A DNA stretch of 64,000 nt, taken from Candidatus Culexarchaeum nevadense. GTDB taxonomy: Archaea > Thermoproteota > Methanomethylicia > Culexarchaeales > Culexarchaeaceae. Location: contig JANZKA010000002.1 in the NCBI GenBank assembly GCA_025060975.1, positions 5,629 through 69,628 on the forward strand, given 5' to 3'. Every line of letters begins with the position of its first letter. The first letter of the stretch is position 1. The notes under the pieces are model-generated. The model saw only the letters and a list, made by a program, of their open reading frames with translations. It did no database searches and was not told the DNA's origin. Made by a program: the position numbers and the translations under genes. Of this stretch, positions 58,781-64,000 are shown piece by piece.

Positions 58781-60172
58781 ATGTTCCAGTTAAGTGATGT
58801 TTTGAGTATTATGGATGAAGCTTTTAAGAGGGGGGTTGAGTCTGATTTCACTGAGATTAGGTTTCATAGGAGGCGTGAATTATCGGTTATTGTTAGGAAT
58901 GGCGAAGTAGAGAGGGTTGGTGAAGGGTTTATTTCAGGTTTTTGTGCTAGGAGTCTTGTTGATGGTGTATGGGGTTTCTCTTCTACAACTGAGATTTCTA
59001 GTGATAGTGTTAAATCCATTATTGAGCTTTCTATAAAGTCTGCTAAAGCTCTTCTTGGGCGTAGTGTTAGGAGGGTTAAATTGAAGGATAGGAAGACGTT
59101 TAGGGATACATATGTTACACCGATGAAGAAGGATCCATTGAATGTAAATGTTGAGGATATGGTTAGGGAGTGTCTTGAAGTCCATAAATTCGTTAGAAGT
59201 ATATCTCCACTAATAACTCTAGATTCTATTAACATGGGGATTGTTGATGATTATCACGTATACTCTAGTAGTGATGGATCTTTCATAATTCAGAGGATTG
59301 TTAGATGTTCTGGTGGATGTTCTGTTACAGCTAGAGAAGCTGGGAATATCGCCACTGGCTATGAGAGTGTTGGGGCGCAATCTGGTATGGAGATTTTTGA
59401 GGAAACCCCATTAATTGGTGCTGCTGAGATTGCTGCTAAACGTGCAGTTAGACTTGTTAATGCAAAACTTCCCAAGGGGGGTTATCATACTGTCGTCTTG
59501 GATAAAGATATAGTTGGTTTATTGGCACATGAAGCTGTTGGTCACACAGCTGAAGCTGATCTAGTCTACTCTGGAAGTTATCTTGCTGGGAAGATTGGTG
59601 TGAAGATAGTTTCCACATTGATAACGTTGGTTGATGATGGTAGATTTGAAAGAGGGTTTGGAACTATGATGTATGATGATGAGGGTACACCCACACAAAA
59701 AACGGTTATAATTGATAGGGGTGTTTGTAGTGGATATTTACATTCAAGGGAAACTGCTTATGAAATGGGGTTTGAGCCTACTGGGAATGCTAGGGCTTGG
59801 ACCTTCGAATATGACCCCATAATTAGAATGAGGAATACGTATATTGAAGCTGGGGATCATGAATTTGAGGAGCTACTTGAAGATGTGGATTACGGTTATC
59901 TACTTATTGGTGGTAGGGGTGGTCAAGCGGATTCTACTGGTGAATTCATGTTTGGAGTTCAAGAGGCTGTTGAGATAAAGAATGGAGAACTTGGTGAGCA
60001 TTATAGGGGGGTTACAATTAGTGGAAATGCCTTTGAAGTTTTAGGACTTGTGGATGCTGTTGGAAAGGATTTCACTTTAAGGAGGGGGATGTGTGGTAAG
60101 GAGCAGCCAAACTATGTTGGTATGGGTGGACCAAGTCTTAGAACCAAGATAATTATTGGTGGGAGAGGGTGA
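58781..60172 (+). CDS. tldD: TldD family metalloprotease
   Basis: HEAVGHTAEAD, DDEG, TGNARA, RMRNT, CGK. Confidence 0.92.
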   Translation: MFQLSDVLSIMDEAFKRGVESDFTEIRFHRRRELSVIVRNGEVERVGEGFISGFCARSLVDGVWGFSSTTEISSDSVKSIIELSIKSAKALLGRSVRRVKLKDRKTFRDTYVTPMKKDPLNVNVEDMVRECLEVHKFVRSISPLITLDSINMGIVDDYHVYSSSDGSFIIQRIVRCSGGCSVTAREAGNIATGYESVGAQSGMEIFEETPLIGAAEIAAKRAVRLVNAKLPKGGYHTVVLDKDIVGLLAHEAVGHTAEADLVYSGSYLAGKIGVKIVSTLITLVDDGRFERGFGTMMYDDEGTPTQKTVIIDRGVCSGYLHSRETAYEMGFEPTGNARAWTFEYDPIIRMRNTYIEAGDHEFEELLEDVDYGYLLIGGRGGQADSTGEFMFGVQEAVEIKNGELGEHYRGVTISGNAFEVLGLVDAVGKDFTLRRGMCGKEQPNYVGMGGPSLRTKIIIGGRG

Positions 60173-60178
60173 AGCAAT

Positions 60179-61525
60179 ATGTCTTCAACTTTTGAGATAG
60201 CTGAAAAGGCTGTTAGGATTACTTGTAATATGGGTGCAAATGAAGCTGAAGCTTATGTTGAGCGTAGAAAGGTTTTAGAGGTTTTCTTGGAGCGTAATGA
60301 CTTTAAAACTGTTAGGGTAAAATGGCATGTTGGTATAGGTGTTAGAGCAGTATACAGTAAGAGGGTTGGATTCTCGTATGCTTCAAGCTTGACATCTTCA
60401 AGTGTGGAGGAAGTTTGTAAAGCATCTTTTAAAAATGCTAAGCTGTCACCTGAATTGAAGGATTGGGTTTCTCTACCGAGCCCTATGCCTCTACCAAGAG
60501 TTGAAGGTACCTTCTGCAATGAAATTGCTAATCTATCTGAATTTCAGCTTGTAGATCTGGCTAGGAGGGGGTATGAAGCTATATTTGAAGCTGATAAGAG
60601 GGCTAGATGTGATGATGGCAAGATATCTGCAATCATTGAGGAAACTGTTATAGCTAATAGTAATGGGATTCTGGTTGGGGAGGAGGGGACTGCAATTAGT
60701 GGTTATATTGTTTGTGTGGCTTCTGAGGCTGGTAAGACTTCAAGTTTCGCCAGCAGTAGTGGTAATGCTAGGATGCTATCGCAATTTAAACCTGAAGATA
60801 TTGGGCGTGAAGCTGCATTGCTCGCGGTTAGATCTCTTAATCCACGTAAGATTGGATCCTTTAAGGGTAAAGTATTGCTGGAATGGATGCCAGTTACAAG
60901 TATAATACTTCCAGTGATTGGTTTTAGTGTTAATGCTGACATGGTTCAGAGAAAGAGTAGTTTGTGGACTGGAAAGATCGGTGAACGTGTATGCTCAAGT
61001 AATATAAGTATTGTGGATAATGGAACTATCCCTGGAGGTATGGCTACATCTAGATTTGATGGTGAAGGTGTGGCTAGGAGAATTACCCCAATAATATCTA
61101 ATGGCGTCTTGGAGAATTACATTTACGATTCATATACTGCATTCAAGGAGTCTAAGGAGAGTACTGGTAATGCTGGTAGAGCATCTTATGCTTCCATGCC
61201 ATCAATATCATTTTCAAATGTCATTTTCAATGAGGGGTTGAAGAGTGTTGATGAACTCGTTTCAGAAGTGGATAAAGGTTTATTGGTTGGTAGGTTTAGT
61301 GGAAATGTGGAGCCTGCGTCTGGAATTTTCTCTGGAACTGTTAAACAGAGTGTGTATATTGAGAATGGTGAGGTTAAGTTTGCAGTTGAGGAAGTCATGA
61401 TATCTGGAAATGTATTTCAACTTTTAAGTGGAAATGTGATTTTGGGGAAGCCTAGAAGGATGCTTGGAGGTGCACATGTCCCCCCAATCTTGCTGGAAGA
61501 TGTGAACGTAATATCCAAAACATAA
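60179..61525 (+). CDS. pmbA: PmbA/TldE family protein
   Basis: Follows tldD. FDGEG, STGNA, no HExxH. Confidence 0.88.
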   Translation: MSSTFEIAEKAVRITCNMGANEAEAYVERRKVLEVFLERNDFKTVRVKWHVGIGVRAVYSKRVGFSYASSLTSSSVEEVCKASFKNAKLSPELKDWVSLPSPMPLPRVEGTFCNEIANLSEFQLVDLARRGYEAIFEADKRARCDDGKISAIIEETVIANSNGILVGEEGTAISGYIVCVASEAGKTSSFASSSGNARMLSQFKPEDIGREAALLAVRSLNPRKIGSFKGKVLLEWMPVTSIILPVIGFSVNADMVQRKSSLWTGKIGERVCSSNISIVDNGTIPGGMATSRFDGEGVARRITPIISNGVLENYIYDSYTAFKESKESTGNAGRASYASMPSISFSNVIFNEGLKSVDELVSEVDKGLLVGRFSGNVEPASGIFSGTVKQSVYIENGEVKFAVEEVMISGNVFQLLSGNVILGKPRRMLGGAHVPPILLEDVNVISKT

Positions 61526-61527
61526 AA

Positions 61528-61543
61528 TTTTTGTTTTTATTTT
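61528..61543 (+). terminator. T-rich terminator after pmbA
   Basis: TTTTTGTTTTTATTTT immediately after the stop. Confidence 0.4.
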
Positions 61544-61571
61544 GTGGGATAGTTAATTGTAGTGTTTAGTC

Positions 61572-62054
61572 ATGTTTACAATACATATCTTGAATGTTAA
61601 GGATTGGTTTAACTTTCTAAATGAGTTTGCAGCTTTTTTGAAGAGTGATGAGTTTCTAAAAGCATCTAGATTTTCAGAGGTTAATTTGAAAATGCGTTTC
61701 CATGGGACTCTACTATTGGATGTTGATGGTGTTAAGAGTGTTGGGGATTTCGAGTATTGGGATATTTATGGTGATGGTGCTCCAATAGGATATCTTGAAG
61801 TTGCATATATGGATCAGCATTTCTTCGCTCTCTCCGTTGAGGCTATAGATGCACTTCTAAGTGATGATGAGTTGAAGGATTTCATGTTGAGTGGAGCGAG
61901 CTGGGCTTCACCGGTTGCGCCAATATCACTTTCACTAACATTTAATGTTTCTGATGATGTTAAGAGGTTAATTGGTAATTTTGTTTCAAATTATCGTGAT
62001 GATTACCCGAATAATATTGCTAGGAAGTTTGTTCCAAGAGCTGTTATATGTTAA
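61572..62054 (+). CDS. hypothetical protein
   Basis: 160 aa acidic ORF with ATG start, filling a gap; no motif recognised. Confidence 0.7.
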   Translation: MFTIHILNVKDWFNFLNEFAAFLKSDEFLKASRFSEVNLKMRFHGTLLLDVDGVKSVGDFEYWDIYGDGAPIGYLEVAYMDQHFFALSVEAIDALLSDDELKDFMLSGASWASPVAPISLSLTFNVSDDVKRLIGNFVSNYRDDYPNNIARKFVPRAVIC

Positions 62055-62059
62055 TCCCA

Positions 62060-62899
62060 CTATATTTTTATCCACTTTAAACCCACTTCTTCAAGGTATC
62101 TTATCGTCATATCCCTATGCCTCTTATTAAGACCCTTCCAATCTATTAATGCGTATTCCACTTTCTCATCATTCCTTTCCACAGCCATTTTAAGTTCTCT
62201 CGTGGTTATGTTATCGTATACATATTCTGGTATTATATGTCCAATGGCGTATTCTGTTTCAAGGGTTTTCTTTGTGAAGGATGGTGCATAGTGTGGGCCT
62301 CCGAATCCCACTGCTATCTTAAAATCTTCCTTATTATCAATTTCCTTTGAAACGTTCATTATTGCTTCAGATAATATACGTGCTGCATATTCATCTTTCC
62401 AATTCTCTTCTCTACTCCCAAGTTCCACGAATATTGTTGGTGTGTTATGTATGCTTGGTCCATGATGGGTTACTTCTAATCCTACTTTATATCCTTCAAG
62501 CATACTTTCAGCTTTGAGTTTACTTAGCCAATTCAGCATCCTTTTTATTGTTGATGGTGAGGATACTGCTATGCTTCTAGGCTTTCCACCCATGCTTGTA
62601 TCTTCAGTCCAGTTTCCTGGAGTGTGAGTTAATAGTGCAGGTATTCCGCTTTCTGAGGAATGTCTTGATGCAAATATGAATATTCTTGCTTTGAATATTT
62701 CTTCTAGATTCTCTGCGTAGATTGAGTCTGTGGGTATATCTACTATCAATGCATCTACATCTCTATCGTGATATGCGTATCCAAATCCAATGTTCTTTTC
62801 ACTTAATTTATGATTCTCCAGTATTCTCATCTTTATGTTTTGTGCAGCAATATCCACTTTTGATGTGAATACTATGATTTTAGCTTCAATTTTCTGCAT
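62060..62899 (-). CDS. dtdA: D-aminoacyl-tRNA deacylase (archaeal DTD2/GEK1)
   Basis: FASRHSS, LLTHTPGN, EVTHHGP, FVELGS, GFGGPHYAP, GHIIP, IDWKG. Confidence 0.92.
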   Translation of the reverse strand: MQKIEAKIIVFTSKVDIAAQNIKMRILENHKLSEKNIGFGYAYHDRDVDALIVDIPTDSIYAENLEEIFKARIFIFASRHSSESGIPALLTHTPGNWTEDTSMGGKPRSIAVSSPSTIKRMLNWLSKLKAESMLEGYKVGLEVTHHGPSIHNTPTIFVELGSREENWKDEYAARILSEAIMNVSKEIDNKEDFKIAVGFGGPHYAPSFTKKTLETEYAIGHIIPEYVYDNITTRELKMAVERNDEKVEYALIDWKGLNKRHRDMTIRYLEEVGLKWIKI

Positions 62900-62936
62900 T
62901 GCTCATCGACTTGCCATTATATTGTGATTTGTATAT

Positions 62937-64000
62937 TTAAATCATTTTACCAGTTCTGTAAAGTCTTGGGAATGGAGTCGCATCTCTTATGTGATCTAGT
63001 TTGCATATCCACCATGTCAATCTATCTATCCCCATTCCAAATCCTGCATGGGGTACAGATCCGTATCTCCTTAGATCTATATACCAATCGTAGTTTTCTG
63101 GATCGAAACCCTCCCCCCTTATCCTTTCAATTAGTTTTTCTATGTTGTCTTCTCTCTCCCCTCCAGTGGCCATTTCACCATAACCTTCTGGTGCAAGTAG
63201 GTCTACAGTTGCACCCATACCGCTTTTATCTTTTAATTCCTTAACATAGAATGGCTTGTACTTCAATGGGTATCCAACTAGGAATATTGGTTTGTTATGC
63301 TTTTTGGTTAAGATGTATTCTTCATCTCCCCCTATTTCATCTCCGATCTCTATATTTACCCCCTCTCTTTTTAGCTCCATTATAGCTTCTTCATAGCTTA
63401 TCCTTTTGAATGGTGGTTCTATTTCCAAGAGTTCCTCTGGATTTCTGTTTAGAAGTTTAAGTTCGTATTGGCATTTCTCTGCCACTGAGCGACATATATG
63501 TGAAACTAGTTCTTCTTCTAGTTTCATTAGTTCATCTAAGTTCATCCATGCTGCTTCGGCTTCAAGGTGCCAGAATTCCGCTAGATGTCTTCTAGTCCTT
63601 GACTTTTCAGCTCTGAAGGATGGTGCTAGGCACCAAACTTTCTCGTATGTGAATATCATTATCTCCAAGTATAGTTGTGAGCTTTGTGTTAAGTATGCTG
63701 GTATATCGAAGTAGTCTATTTTGAATAGTGTTGCTCCCCCTTCACATGCTGTTGTAACTATTATTGGTGGTGAGACTTCCACGTACCCATTGTTTATGAA
63801 GTATTCTCTGCTGGCTCTGAGTATTTCGCTTCTAACTCTGAATATTGCTTGGTATCTTTGTCCTCTTACTGCTAGATGTCTCTTTTCCATTAAAGTTTCT
63901 GGGGAATGCTCCTTTTTACCAAGTGGGTATGGTGTTTCCGCTAAGTGTACTATTTCTATTCCATTAACTACGAATTCTCTACCTCTTGGAGCTCTATCTT
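62937..64000 (-). CDS. asnS: asparagine--tRNA ligase (5'-truncated by window edge)
   Basis: Frame is open to the window end (DRAPRGREF..YPLGKKEH..RHL). CEGGATLF, YLTQSSQLY, FRAEKSRTRRHL, LRRYGSVPHAGFG. Confidence 0.93.
   Translation of the reverse strand, partial: DRAPRGREFVVNGIEIVHLAETPYPLGKKEHSPETLMEKRHLAVRGQRYQAIFRVRSEILRASREYFINNGYVEVSPPIIVTTACEGGATLFKIDYFDIPAYLTQSSQLYLEIMIFTYEKVWCLAPSFRAEKSRTRRHLAEFWHLEAEAAWMNLDELMKLEEELVSHICRSVAEKCQYELKLLNRNPEELLEIEPPFKRISYEEAIMELKREGVNIEIGDEIGGDEEYILTKKHNKPIFLVGYPLKYKPFYVKELKDKSGMGATVDLLAPEGYGEMATGGEREDNIEKLIERIRGEGFDPENYDWYIDLRRYGSVPHAGFGMGIDRLTWWICKLDHIRDATPFPRLYRTGKMI

Noticed and set aside
58245..61525. TldD/PmbA as part of a RiPP cluster
   Set aside because: No precursor peptide, YcaO or radical SAM gene nearby; TldD/PmbA pairs are housekeeping in archaea.
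1..64000. tRNA, rRNA, CRISPR array, integrase, intein
   Set aside because: I saw no GC-rich structured intergenic tract, regularly spaced repeats, recombinase motifs or oversized host proteins. tRNAscan-SE and Infernal would confirm.

Overview
Gene-dense, low-GC archaeal chromosomal segment with about 63 CDS. I saw no rRNA, tRNA, CRISPR array, prophage or intact IS. Archaeal origin is supported by GGTGA-type Shine-Dalgarno sites, TATA boxes and archaeal families (Mtd, ATPase-type HypB, DTD2, pantoate kinase, Clp1). A thermophilic anaerobic Thermoproteota lineage (Culexarchaeia/Methanomethylicia-like) is my inference, not something the sequence proves. Content: C1 metabolism (fhs, folD, mtd), hydrogenase maturation (hypD, hypA, hypB), glnA-lrp, argG-argH, three aminoacyl-tRNA synthetases, four stand-alone tRNA-editing factors, many peptidases/amidohydrolases including several D-amino-acid-type families, a heterodimeric ABC exporter and TldD/PmbA. 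The best candidate for an undescribed system is the head-to-head fhs-folD / mtd locus, which has a single central TATA element. Its FolD keeps the cyclohydrolase residues but has lost most NADP-site residues and appears to start at ATT, suggesting a hybrid folate/F420 formate-to-methylene route. Other leads are a SelO-like pseudokinase, a PriS-like primase fused to an unknown domain, a TrxB-GNAT fusion, an HTH/CASTOR-ACT regulator with a B3/4 editor at the arginine operon, and a window-wide T>A strand skew. All family calls come from motif recognition by eye, with no database search.
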